Below are positions 1 to 7,772 of a DNA stretch of 15,864 nt, in pieces. How positions within the stretch are numbered: position 1 is the first letter of the stretch; each line of letters begins with the position of its first letter. The notes beneath the pieces are model-generated. The model worked only from the letters and a program-made list of their open reading frames with translations, was not told the origin of the DNA and ran no database searches. The position numbers and the translations under genes are program-made. Origin of the DNA: a virus; the UHGV virus genome UHGV-0248791; one strand, 5' to 3'.

Positions 1-6
1 AGATAA

Positions 7-83
7 TGGACCGCCATCGAGGACTCGAACCCCGCGCAACCAGCTTCGAAGGCTGGCGCTCTATCCTGATGAGCTAATGGCGG
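7..83 (-). tRNA. tRNA-Arg (anticodon UCG), phage-borne
   Basis: Reverse complement of 7..83 folds as a 77-nt cloverleaf: acceptor CCGCCAT/ATGGCGG, D-arm GCTC-ATCAGGATA-GAGC, anticodon arm CCAGC-CTTCGAA-GCTGG (anticodon UCG), T-arm CGGGG-TTCGAGT-CCTCG, discriminator T, encoded CCA. Confidence 0.75.
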
Positions 84-90
84 TATGTGA

Positions 91-162
91 TGGTGGCCCT
101 TGCTGGATTTGAACCAGCGACCTGGCGATTATGAGTCGCTCTCACCACTGAGCTAAAGGGCC
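91..162 (-). tRNA. tRNA with CAU anticodon (Ile2/Met type, ileZ-like), with a shortened D-arm
   Basis: Reverse complement of 91..162: acceptor GGCCCTT/AAGGGCC, T-arm GCTGG-TTCAAAT-CCAGC, anticodon loop CTCATAA (CAU), discriminator A, encoded CCA. Only 72 nt because the D-arm is short (3-bp stem, 6-nt loop) and 27:43 is an A-C mismatch, so it may be a degenerate copy. Confidence 0.6.
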
Positions 163-171
163 GGGAGCCGC

Positions 172-200
172 ATAATAACGACGCGTAATTAATTCTTCAA
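172..200 (-). promoter_or_regulatory. Candidate sigma70 promoter for the tRNA cluster
   Basis: On the minus strand: -35 TTGAAG (200..195), 17-nt spacer, -10 TATTAT (177..172), then 9 nt to the 5' end of the CAU tRNA at 162. Confidence 0.45.
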
Positions 201-202
201 TA

Positions 203-313
203 TCATCCGTTCTGGCTGACTAAATCCTGTACTTCCCGAACCGTCTGCTCAAAACATTCAGTCTCCAGCTCAACGCCAATTGCACGACGCCCGAGCGCCA
301 GTGCTGCTTTGAC
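203..313 (-). pseudogene. Possible 3' remnant of a DNA methyltransferase gene (C-terminal ~35 codons, no start codon)
   Basis: Minus-strand frame translates ...KAALALGRRAIGVELETECFEQTVREVQDLVSQNG*, resembling the C-terminal A-x-x-L-G-R-x-x-I-G-x-E motif of N6/N4 DNA methyltransferases. The frame is open upstream without any ATG and runs through a terminator hairpin, consistent with a truncated gene. Confidence 0.25.
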
Positions 314-324
314 GCTACGGACAT

Positions 325-353
325 AAAAAAGCCAGCCACTGGGGGAGGCTGGC
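325..353 (-). terminator. Rho-independent terminator (minus strand)
   Basis: GCCAGCC (331-337) pairs with GGCTGGC (347-353) around a 9-nt loop; on the minus strand the hairpin is followed by six U (A-run 325-330 on plus). Confidence 0.5.
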
Positions 354-536
354 GAAACTCGTAGAGCAAAAGTGTTGTTACACTAACTTCGTCACAGGGT
401 TATCCTGCAATACTCAAAATACACAATATTTACAAAACTAATAGTATACAAGGCGATCTTTAAGATTTTGTTATAAATTATTGCCTTTCTCCTCTTTCCA
501 TGAGCTTTCTGGGTAGCCACAGAATTCCGGGTACAG

Positions 537-562
537 AAAAACCCGCTCAGCGGCGGGTTTAA
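537..562 (-). terminator. GC-rich hairpin, weak terminator candidate
   Basis: AAACCCGC/GCGGGTTT stem (539-546 with 553-560), 6-nt loop. The U-tract on the minus strand is only 4 nt, so function is uncertain. Confidence 0.25.
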
Positions 563-737
563 GCTGTGTGACGAAGTAACCACTCTTAACAGCATAACCA
601 ATTTTTTACGTACGTAAACCACTAAATGATATTTGCGAGAATGCTACCGAGTATTGAAAACACCACTACAAATACATAAGCAAATCTCAACAAATAACCA
701 ACAAATAATTTCCAGTGTTATTTTTAGCCGGTTTAAA

Positions 738-768
738 TTGAACCTTCAAATTATAGAGCACTTATAAA
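738..768 (+). promoter_or_regulatory. Candidate promoter in the AT-rich region upstream of the porin gene
   Basis: TTGAAC (738-743), 17-18 nt spacer, TTATAA/TATAAA (762-768). Several alternative hexamers exist in this AT-rich stretch, so the assignment is tentative. Confidence 0.25.
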
Positions 769-987
769 TAACAGCCGTTAATATAAATTGGCTAATAGAT
801 TTATTTTTATTCAGCCAAGAGCCATGAATAGGATTCGATAGAAAAAAGTTCAGATAAAAATAGAGATCTACTTCACAAATCAAACGAGAAACCAAAACTT
901 ACATCTTGAAATAATCACATTGATTAGATGAATATTTATCGCGCAGTGACATCATTTTTTAATAATAGTTCAAAAAAAGGGCTCACG

Positions 988-2070
988 ATGAAAAAATTAA
1001 CAGTGGCAATTTCTGCTGTAGCTGCATCAGTACTGATGGCGATGTCTGCTCAGGCAGCTGAAATTTATAATAAAGACAGTAACAAGCTGGATCTGTACGG
1101 GAAAGTTAATGCTAAGCACTATTTCTCCTCTAATGATGCAGATGATGGTGATACTACTTATGCCCGTCTTGGCTTCAAAGGTGAAACCCAAATCAACGAT
1201 CAACTGACTGGTTTCGGTCAGTGGGAATATGAATTCAAAGGCAACCGCGCTGAATCTCAAGGTTCCTCCAAAGATAAAACCCGTCTTGCCTTCGCTGGCC
1301 TGAAATTCGGTGACTACGGCTCAATCGATTACGGCCGTAACTACGGTGTAGCATACGACATCGGTGCGTGGACTGACGTTCTGCCAGAATTCGGTGGCGA
1401 TACCTGGACCCAAACAGATGTGTTCATGACTGGTCGCACCACTGGTGTTGCAACTTATCGTAACAACGACTTCTTTGGTCTGGTTGATGGTCTGAACTTT
1501 GCTGCTCAGTATCAGGGTAAAAATGACCGCACTGACGTAACTGAAGCTAATGGTGATGGTTTCGGTTTCTCCACTACTTATGAGTATGAAGGATTCGGTG
1601 TAGGTGCAACCTATGCTAAATCTGACCGCACTAATAATCAGGTTATCTACGGTAACAACAGCCTGAATGCATCTGGTCAAAATGCTGAAGTATGGGCAGC
1701 TGGTCTGAAATATGATGCGAACAACATCTATCTGGCTACCACCTATTCTGAAACCCAGAACATGACTGTTTTTGGTAATAACCATATTGCCAACAAAGCA
1801 CAAAACTTCGAAGTAGTTGCACAATATCAGTTCGACTTCGGTCTGCGTCCGTCCGTTGCTTACCTGCAATCTAAAGGAAAAGACTTGGGTGCGTGGGGTG
1901 ATCAGGACCTGGTTGAATATATTGATGTAGGTGCAACCTATTACTTCAACAAAAATATGTCCACTTTTGTTGATTACAAAATCAACCTGATTGATAAGAG
2001 CGATTTCACGAAAGCATCTGGCGTTGCTACCGATGATATCGTTGCTGTAGGTATGGTTTACCAGTTCTAA
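988..2070 (+). CDS. nmpC: General porin of the OmpC/OmpF/PhoE family (NmpC-type prophage porin), intact
   Basis: Start at ATG 988 ([23 protein letters not shown] signal peptide, then mature N-terminus AEIYNKD typical of enterobacterial porins) with AAAGGG Shine-Dalgarno upstream. Aromatic C-terminal ...VGMVYQF. The ORF-track start at 928 adds 20 codons ahead of the signal peptide and is unlikely. Confidence 0.9.
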   Translation: MKKLTVAISAVAASVLMAMSAQAAEIYNKDSNKLDLYGKVNAKHYFSSNDADDGDTTYARLGFKGETQINDQLTGFGQWEYEFKGNRAESQGSSKDKTRLAFAGLKFGDYGSIDYGRNYGVAYDIGAWTDVLPEFGGDTWTQTDVFMTGRTTGVATYRNNDFFGLVDGLNFAAQYQGKNDRTDVTEANGDGFGFSTTYEYEGFGVGATYAKSDRTNNQVIYGNNSLNASGQNAEVWAAGLKYDANNIYLATTYSETQNMTVFGNNHIANKAQNFEVVAQYQFDFGLRPSVAYLQSKGKDLGAWGDQDLVEYIDVGATYYFNKNMSTFVDYKINLIDKSDFTKASGVATDDIVAVGMVYQF

Positions 2071-2074
2071 TTTG

Positions 2075-2119
2075 ATTACTAAAAGATATGTTGCGGGAGG
2101 CTTTGCCTCCCCAACATAT
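2075..2119 (-). terminator. Long hairpin with minus-strand U-tract downstream of Q (tR'-like candidate)
   Basis: ATATGTTG-c-GGGAGGC TTT GCCTCCC-CAACATAT gives a 15-bp stem with one bulge (2086-2119); on the minus strand it is followed by CUUUUAGUAAU. Confidence 0.4.
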
Positions 2120-2206
2120 AAGTGGCTCCCTCAAGCCACTTCCTTTAGGAGCACAACCTTGCTTCTAACTATATAAACCTTCTGTTATATATTACCCTTT
2201 ATTTTT

Positions 2207-2231
2207 GGGAGCGTTGCAACGCCCCATTTTT
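2207..2231 (+). terminator. Candidate rho-independent terminator for the porin gene
   Basis: GGGAGCGT...ACGCCCC hairpin (2207-2225) followed by ATTTTT on the plus strand, 137 bp after the porin stop. Confidence 0.45.
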
Positions 2232-2258
2232 AATAATTTTTAGTAAACAATTGGCATA

Positions 2259-2642
2259 TTAATTAGAGTTATTAACAACGATATCCATCTCTAACCGGAT
2301 ATCTAATGCCATTAACATCCCTTCAATTATGCCCTCAGCCTTCTGTAACCTTTTCCCGATATAACCATCAGAGCAGCAATGCTTACCTGCCAGTGACATG
2401 AATGTCATACCGACTACATAATAATCTACTAATAAATCGTGCAAATCGCTGTTGTTCTTTTTCAGACGGGCCATGCACCCGCAAATAATCATCGCGTCAT
2501 CGTCACAACATTGCGGGCGAGATTTTACTTTTGAAGTAATTAATCCCTTAAAACCGGCGGCAATGGACGACCAGGTCACATCTTCATGATTATTAGCCGC
2601 CCACGCTCCCCAGCGTTCGAGAACCATCTGAATATCACGCAT
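2259..2642 (-). CDS. Late-gene antiterminator Q (phage 21/DLP12 QuuD-like)
   Basis: 127-aa product [22 protein letters not shown]... with Cys-rich zinc-binding segment ([13 protein letters not shown]...HCCSDG). Start taken at ATG 2642 with GGAGA Shine-Dalgarno; the track's longer ORF begins at a TTG. Confidence 0.8.
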   Translation of the reverse strand: MRDIQMVLERWGAWAANNHEDVTWSSIAAGFKGLITSKVKSRPQCCDDDAMIICGCMARLKKNNSDLHDLLVDYYVVGMTFMSLAGKHCCSDGYIGKRLQKAEGIIEGMLMALDIRLEMDIVVNNSN

Positions 2643-2659
2643 CAACTTTCTCCACAAAA

Positions 2660-3655
2660 TCAGGACAGCACACCAATCGCCAGCGCGCGATCGATAAAAC
2701 GAAATATCAGCTCCAGTTGGGAACCATACTTCTCTTCAAATGCCACGGTATCCGCATGTAGTTCGTCATGGTGTTTTCTGCACAAAGGCAACACAAAAAG
2801 GTCATGCGCTTTTGTACCCATTCCACCCTGACCATGACCAATCAGGTGATGAGGATCGTCGGCTGGCTTACCACAACATGCACACGGCTGCGTCTTAACC
2901 CAGCGCGTGTACTTTTCATTAACCCAGCGACGACGTTTGGGGCGTAACATAAAAGACTCCGGCGACTCCGGATCCACTTTCAGCGCCAGCACCTTTTTCG
3001 CCTTATCCCGGATGATGCTGGTGGCAGGAACCGAAGGCACAAGGTCACCTTCCCGGGTGACAGACGGCACAACAGGCTTCGGTAATCTCAGTGCCTTACG
3101 GGCTGCACTTTCCGGTAAGGCATCCGCCAGGTCATTACGAACCAGCCACCAGCACAGTTCCGGCATTGTCACAACGTGGCTGTCATCAAAACCGAGATCA
3201 CGACGGACTACGGACAACACCCAGCGGGCACAGTTATCCGTTGCCATTGATTCCAGACGTTCCGTGAACTGATCGCGAAGCAGGTTATCGCAGTGCCAGC
3301 ACAGACGGATTGCGCCCGGCGCGTGTCGCATTGTGGTCATGTTCTCGCTGTGCCATCCGGAATGAGGCCACTGGCAGCCTTTTTCACGAAGTAACCAGCT
3401 CTCAAGGCATTCCACGCCACCAGCACGACGGATCACCGCCTCATGGCGGAACACGGCCCGAACGGCAGGATCATCCGCCAGCGGTTGTGATGCTGCCGGA
3501 ACGGCACCACTGGCAAAAGATGAATAACGTTCCGGCTCAGGCTCCAGCAGGACACGCCCCTGCATAAACAGGGGCATCAGCTCTGAACCGGGTCTGAACA
3601 AGACGATCCCCATACGCGGGGCAATTTCAGGGGTCAGCAGTGCTCTCACGGTCAC
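2660..3655 (-). CDS. DUF968/NinG-like nin-region protein with C-terminal Cys/His (HNH-like, zinc-binding) motif
   Basis: C-terminal QPCACCGKP...[19 protein letters not shown]...[12 protein letters not shown]. The start is uncertain: GTG at 3655 or GTG at 3649, the latter with a GAGG Shine-Dalgarno 5 nt upstream. Confidence 0.6.
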   Translation of the reverse strand: MTVRALLTPEIAPRMGIVLFRPGSELMPLFMQGRVLLEPEPERYSSFASGAVPAASQPLADDPAVRAVFRHEAVIRRAGGVECLESWLLREKGCQWPHSGWHSENMTTMRHAPGAIRLCWHCDNLLRDQFTERLESMATDNCARWVLSVVRRDLGFDDSHVVTMPELCWWLVRNDLADALPESAARKALRLPKPVVPSVTREGDLVPSVPATSIIRDKAKKVLALKVDPESPESFMLRPKRRRWVNEKYTRWVKTQPCACCGKPADDPHHLIGHGQGGMGTKAHDLFVLPLCRKHHDELHADTVAFEEKYGSQLELIFRFIDRALAIGVLS

Positions 3656-3701
3656 CTCAGCGAACGGTATTGCATGAACGCAGGAGAAAAAAATTCAGCC
3701 A

Positions 3702-3959
3702 TCACGCAGTAAACTCCTTCACCAGCGTTTCAAACTGGCTTACCTGTCCTTCCAGTTCCGCCACGCAATCCACCAGCTCATCCACCGCCTTTTGTGTGCG
3801 GTGTTTTGCCTGCAGCAGATCACGAAGCGCCGGAGTAAGCTGCTTGCGGAGCGTATCTTTTTTCACGCTCGTTTTTTCCATCTGTTCAGCACAACGAAGC
3901 ATCTCCTGCGCCTGCCGACGAAGTTGTTCCGGTGAAACAGTGATTGTTCTGTTGTTCAA
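3702..3959 (-). CDS. Hypothetical small protein (85 aa, predicted coiled coil)
   Basis: ORF joined to the DnaB-like gene stop (TTGA overlap at 3956-3959); TTG start with GGAG 9 nt upstream. Internal ATG starts have poor Shine-Dalgarno sequences. Confidence 0.45.
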   Translation of the reverse strand: MNNRTITVSPEQLRRQAQEMLRCAEQMEKTSVKKDTLRKQLTPALRDLLQAKHRTQKAVDELVDCVAELEGQVSQFETLVKEFTA

Positions 3960-5356
3960 AATAAACGCTCCGTTTTACTGCCCGACATGCGGTTATTGCT
4001 GTATCTGCGCGGATTGCCCGGCGTCATGGGTGTGGAAAGAACCCGGGCACTCTCCTGGTCCACAGGCAGAAAATGTCCGTTATGAAAACGCCGGTAAATG
4101 GTCCCGAGTGTGCCATTACGCTGTTTCGTGATGTTGATTTCTGCTATGCCTCTGGCCTGTGTATCCGGGTTATACACCTCATCCCTGTAAAGCATCAGAA
4201 TGATGTCGGCATCAGCCTCTATTTCCCCGGAGTTTTTCAGGTCTGAGTTCATGGGACGTTTATTGGGTCTGGATTCCACGCCTCGGGAGAGCTGGCTCAG
4301 AGCAATCAGCGGGAAACCGCCGGATTTTGCCAGGCTTTTAAGTCCCTTTGAGATTTCCCCCACAGCAAGGTCGTGACGCCCCGTGCTGCGGGTTTTAATC
4401 AGACCGAGGTAATCGACCACCACCAGCGCCGTTTCCGGGTGTTTCATCCGGTGGTGCTTCGTGGTTGCACATATCTCATCAATGGTCAGGTTTGCCTGAT
4501 CCACCATCCAGATATTACGCCCCGTCATTCGTCCCACGCCCTGCGAGAAACGCGCCCAGTCTTCATCTTCAAAACGGGCAACAGACTTAAGACGGGATAC
4601 CGGCATTCCACCGGCAGCAGACACCATACGTTCACCAATCTGGATGTTCGCCATCTCCATGGTGAACAGAAGCACGCCATGCCCCTGCTCAGTCACCTTG
4701 TCGATGATGTCCAGCGCAAGTTCGGTTTTCCCCATCGAAGGACGGGCGGCAATGAATACCAGGTCACCGGGCTCCATACCGCCCGTTTTTGCGTCCAGTT
4801 CATCAATACCGGTCATCAGCGCCCTGGATTTCTCCAGTCCCTGATTGCGGCATTCAACACGGTCGACCACTTCCGGAAGGACATCATCAATGTGAACCGG
4901 CTGAATGACGCCCTTTCCGGTCGACAGTGAGGCCATCATGTTCTGCACATCCTTCAGGGCATCCTCGGCTGCTTCACAGGTATACGCATCACGTAAATTC
5001 TGTAATGCTTCAGTCAGTGTTTTTTCTGCATCGCGCAGTGCGGCATTGCGCCGCAACGCTGCGACATAGTGCTCCAGTGAAGACTTCACCCAGGTTTTGC
5101 GTCCGGTGTCGGTAATCACCGGGGCAAGTTCCGGCATCTCATTGCACAGCAGTACGGGGTCAATGACGCCGGATATGCGAGCCTGTCTGCAAATCCCCGC
5201 GTAAATATCCCGGTACTGACGCACAAAAAATACATCCGCCGGAAGTGTGGCCAGAATATCCATCACTTCCGGATCGGCCCCACGCAGAAAAAACGCACCG
5301 ATGACAGCGCCTTCCAGGTCATCGTTACGCCATGCCGGGGTGTTCTGGCTGGTCAT
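3956..5356 (-). CDS. Replicative DNA helicase, DnaB family (phage-encoded)
   Basis: 466 aa with Walker A GxxxxGKT (IAARPSMGKTELALD) and DnaB C-terminal motifs (SQLSRGVESRPNKRPMNSDLKNSGEIEADADIILMLYRDEVY). ATG 5356 with GGAGG Shine-Dalgarno; ATGA overlap with the upstream gene. Confidence 0.9.
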   Translation of the reverse strand: MTSQNTPAWRNDDLEGAVIGAFFLRGADPEVMDILATLPADVFFVRQYRDIYAGICRQARISGVIDPVLLCNEMPELAPVITDTGRKTWVKSSLEHYVAALRRNAALRDAEKTLTEALQNLRDAYTCEAAEDALKDVQNMMASLSTGKGVIQPVHIDDVLPEVVDRVECRNQGLEKSRALMTGIDELDAKTGGMEPGDLVFIAARPSMGKTELALDIIDKVTEQGHGVLLFTMEMANIQIGERMVSAAGGMPVSRLKSVARFEDEDWARFSQGVGRMTGRNIWMVDQANLTIDEICATTKHHRMKHPETALVVVDYLGLIKTRSTGRHDLAVGEISKGLKSLAKSGGFPLIALSQLSRGVESRPNKRPMNSDLKNSGEIEADADIILMLYRDEVYNPDTQARGIAEINITKQRNGTLGTIYRRFHNGHFLPVDQESARVLSTPMTPGNPRRYSNNRMSGSKTERLF

Positions 5357-6252
5357 GCGGCAACACCTCCGATACGAGAACGGTAGCTGGGCCAGTTAAA
5401 CGACAACCAGTTGCGCCCGCCATCGGTGATCCTGTCGGCAATCCGGGGACTGATGAACGCCCACAATTCTTCCGGTGAAAGGTTGCTGATCAGGATAGTT
5501 GGCAAAATACCCTCATACCGGGCATTGATAATTTCCTGCAAAATGGCCATTTCAGCCGCACTGCCAAACTGAACGCCGACTTCGTCGACAATCAGCAAAT
5601 CCAGTGACGCATAATGCTCAATGACGTCATCCGCTGTTTTTTCACTGTCATTCCGCCAGCAGTTTTTCACAGCCCGGGTAAGGCGCATCACGTCGGTGAT
5701 CTCCACACTGGCCAGATAGTTACGGATGATGTGTTTTGCCATTGATACCGCCAGATGATTTTTCCCGGTACCGCAACTGCCGGTCATAACAAGACTGGTA
5801 CCGTTCTCCAGCATATCTGGCCAGTTCTCCGCATAGCGGCGACAGGCCGCAAGATTTCTGGCTGCGTCAGGATTAACCTCCAGATAATTATCAAACTCGC
5901 AGTCCCGAAAACGCAGAGCAATTCCGGCGTTATCAGTCAGTTCTTCCGCCTTGAGGGACGACAGTTCCATGGTCAAATCACTGGCCTCAGCGATCAAGCA
6001 GTCAGGGCAGCATGAAATTTTTTCTCTGTCCTCGCCATTACGATCGATCCACACCAGTATATGCGTACGATATTTACCGTGTTTTTCGCAATATCCGCGA
6101 CCTTCACGCATCAGGCAGGAACGATAAGGCCATGGCTTTTCGCCCTTCTGAGCAAATGCAATCTCTGCCCGTAACTCATCCATTTCTGCCCGTAACTCAT
6201 CCATTCGCGCCTGTAGTCTTGTTTGTTTCTCACGTTGGTCAATCGTCATCAT
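5353..6252 (-). CDS. DnaC/IstB-like AAA+ helicase loader with N-terminal Cys/His cluster
   Basis: Walker A GSCGTGKNHLAVSMA and Walker B LLIVDEVG. Start taken at ATG 6252 (GAGGTG 7 nt upstream) rather than the track's GTG at 6261. The N-terminus has a duplicated heptapeptide MDELRAE. Confidence 0.85.
   Translation of the reverse strand: MMTIDQREKQTRLQARMDELRAEMDELRAEIAFAQKGEKPWPYRSCLMREGRGYCEKHGKYRTHILVWIDRNGEDREKISCCPDCLIAEASDLTMELSSLKAEELTDNAGIALRFRDCEFDNYLEVNPDAARNLAACRRYAENWPDMLENGTSLVMTGSCGTGKNHLAVSMAKHIIRNYLASVEITDVMRLTRAVKNCWRNDSEKTADDVIEHYASLDLLIVDEVGVQFGSAAEMAILQEIINARYEGILPTILISNLSPEELWAFISPRIADRITDGGRNWLSFNWPSYRSRIGGVAA
6164..6205. repeat. Perfect 21-bp tandem duplication (2 copies) inside the DnaC-like gene
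   Basis: tctgcccgtaactcatccatt at 6164-6184 and again at 6185-6205; in frame, encoding MDELRAE twice. Confidence 0.9.
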
Positions 6253-6262
6253 CGCTGTCACC

Positions 6263-7255
6263 TCAGAATGTCAATTTGTTACTGGATTTACCGAATTTGT
6301 CAGACATGGCTCCCAGGCCAGCCAGGACATCGACCTGTCGCTGTCGCCCACCTCCGTGAGCGGCTGGCTGTTGCCAGTAATCTTCGAAGTGACGATCGGG
6401 TCCAAAGAACGTCGCAGCCTGCTTCACGAACTGTGTGCCGGTATTTCCTGTAGCACGTACCCAGGCGGCATACCGCTTCACGCCATCAAGCATGGTCTCC
6501 GGTTTTATTCCCTCCCTGATACGGGCTTTCCAGGCTTTGAAGGCTGCTGACTTGGAATTGCCACCAGCACGTTTGGGATATTCCTGCCAGGCCTGTTCAA
6601 ATTCCGGTGAATATTCCTGTCGGGCAGAACGCGCTGGCGCAGACGCGTCAGCGGATGCATCAATAGTGTTTTTAGTCTCCGTTGTAATCTCTGTAGTAAT
6701 CTCTGTATTTGTATCAACATTCGGCGTATCCCCTGTTCCGTTATGACGTCGGGGGGTGTTCCGTTTTAACGTAATAGCTGTATCGCTGATTGCATTATTG
6801 CTGTTACTTTCTGGCGAAACAGAAGAAGGTGTGGTGATGGCCGCAATTGCCTGTGGGTTGATCCCGACAAACAAAATATTGCTGCATTTCACCCCATCGA
6901 GCATTTCCACCGTGCGTAAATCCAGAGTAATAAACCCTGCATCGCGCAGACGCTTCAGCGCATCTGCGGTTTCCCTTTTCCCGAAACCAAACTGCTCAGC
7001 AAACGCCTGGTAGCTTCTTTGCAGTTTGTCGCCCTGAAAACGCTTGCGATATCCCAGCAACGCTCCGGTGTGCTCATCCCTGACCTCTGTCGGGCGGTAC
7101 CAGTAAACGATCTCTGAAAGCAGAGCGATAGCCGTCGCATCCGGACGCCCACTGGGTAGTCGAATATATTTCCACCAGTTCGCAGGTGTAACATTGCCGG
7201 AAATATTAATTTGACCAATAGCCATAACTTCCGGTGTGGGGGCGTAACGGCTCAT
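6263..7255 (-). CDS. Replication initiator / replisome organiser (lambda O-like role)
   Basis: 330 aa, directly upstream of the DnaC- and DnaB-like genes with ATGA overlap to the preceding ORF. Low-complexity central linker (TEITTEITTE, DASADASA) between N- and C-terminal domains; AAGGAGG Shine-Dalgarno before ATG 7255. Confidence 0.65.
   Translation of the reverse strand: MSRYAPTPEVMAIGQINISGNVTPANWWKYIRLPSGRPDATAIALLSEIVYWYRPTEVRDEHTGALLGYRKRFQGDKLQRSYQAFAEQFGFGKRETADALKRLRDAGFITLDLRTVEMLDGVKCSNILFVGINPQAIAAITTPSSVSPESNSNNAISDTAITLKRNTPRRHNGTGDTPNVDTNTEITTEITTETKNTIDASADASAPARSARQEYSPEFEQAWQEYPKRAGGNSKSAAFKAWKARIREGIKPETMLDGVKRYAAWVRATGNTGTQFVKQAATFFGPDRHFEDYWQQPAAHGGGRQRQVDVLAGLGAMSDKFGKSSNKLTF
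6675..6707. repeat. Iteron-like 12-bp direct repeats within the O-like gene (candidate replication origin)
   Basis: GTAATCTCTGTA at 6684-6695 and 6696-6707, preceded by the degenerate copy TCTCCGTTGTA (6676-6686). Lambda ori iterons also lie inside the O gene linker. Confidence 0.4.
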
Positions 7256-7551
7256 ACAACCTCCTTCCGCGGCATGAGAATTGTGTAGCCACGCGCAGGT
7301 TGTAGTCTGGCTTTTGCATCAATAGTAAGCGTTGCAATTTTTCGGATATGAAGATAACCAGCTCTTTCCAGTGCCAGGGTTTCCCTGAATATCGCTTGCT
7401 TAGAACAACAGCAGAAATCAGCAAGCACCTGATGATCAATAACTCTCTCGCCTTCACCGTCTGAAGAACCCGACATCAAAACACGCAACATAATCAGGCG
7501 CTGAATCGGGTTATCGAAAGCACATCCGCACACAAACTGAAAACAGTTCAC
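7252..7551 (-). CDS. Hypothetical protein (99 aa), possible helix-turn-helix DNA-binding protein
   Basis: GTG start overlapping the upstream stop (GTGA) with GGAGG 6 nt upstream; ATGA overlap with the O-like start. Possible HTH segment SKQAIFRETLALERAGYL. Confidence 0.5.
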   Translation of the reverse strand: MNCFQFVCGCAFDNPIQRLIMLRVLMSGSSDGEGERVIDHQVLADFCCCSKQAIFRETLALERAGYLHIRKIATLTIDAKARLQPARGYTILMPRKEVV

Positions 7552-7772
7552 GCCACACCTCCCAGACGCTTAAACATTTTTCCAGACAGAAATACCGCCA
7601 GAGGGTAACTGATGGTGTAGCTACGCCCCTGTAGTTCGCACACGACTTTCTGGCTTTCAGCGTTGACTAGGCAAACCCGCAGAACGTGACCGTTGCTGGT
7701 GGCGAACCACTGCCCCACACGGGGGCAACGGTTGTATCGGTGATACAGGGAATTAACGATGTGGCGGATCAT
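7548..7772 (-). CDS. Hypothetical protein (74 aa)
   Basis: ATG 7772 with GGAGG Shine-Dalgarno 7 nt upstream; ATGA overlap with the upstream ORF. Confidence 0.5.
   Translation of the reverse strand: MIRHIVNSLYHRYNRCPRVGQWFATSNGHVLRVCLVNAESQKVVCELQGRSYTISYPLAVFLSGKMFKRLGGVA

Noticed and set aside
392-622. 76-aa minus-strand ORF in the AT-rich region upstream of the porin
   Set aside because: It spans a GC hairpin, has no Shine-Dalgarno and a low-complexity product; more likely non-coding promoter/leader sequence.
1027-1869. Minus-strand ORFs 1027..1260 (77 aa) and 1321..1869 (182 aa) inside the porin gene
   Set aside because: They lie entirely antisense within a well-supported porin CDS, have no Shine-Dalgarno, and look like shadow ORFs.
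988-2070. IS5 or other insertion sequence disrupting the porin gene, as in E. coli K-12 nmpC
   Set aside because: The porin ORF is continuous from signal peptide to the C-terminal aromatic residue with no inverted repeats or transposase fragments; no IS elements were seen anywhere in the window.
2259-2642. nutR/nutL boxA-boxB sites and an N antiterminator
   Set aside because: No CGCTCTTA-like boxA or convincing boxB hairpin was found after either early promoter, and the first early-left gene has no arginine-rich motif; not annotated.
2586-5115. Plus-strand ORFs antisense to the Q, DUF968-like and DnaB-like genes (2586..2831, 2907..3272, 3310..3567, 3640..4131, 4373..4930, 4644..4844, 4927..5115)
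   Set aside because: All lie opposite strongly supported minus-strand genes, lack ribosome-binding sites, and have Ser/Arg/Pro-rich products typical of antisense frames in GC-rich coding DNA.
5755-7218. Plus-strand and nested minus-strand ORFs over the DnaC-like and O-like genes (5755..6015, 6012..6359, 6223..6453, 6356..6550, 6435..6746, 6505..6720, 6756..7013, 6955..7218)
   Set aside because: Overlapped by translationally coupled replication genes; no start signals.
7206-7457. 83-aa minus-strand ORF overlapping the 99-aa gene and the O-like start in another frame
   Set aside because: The competing frame (7252..7551) has a GGAGG Shine-Dalgarno and start/stop coupling on both sides; this one has neither.
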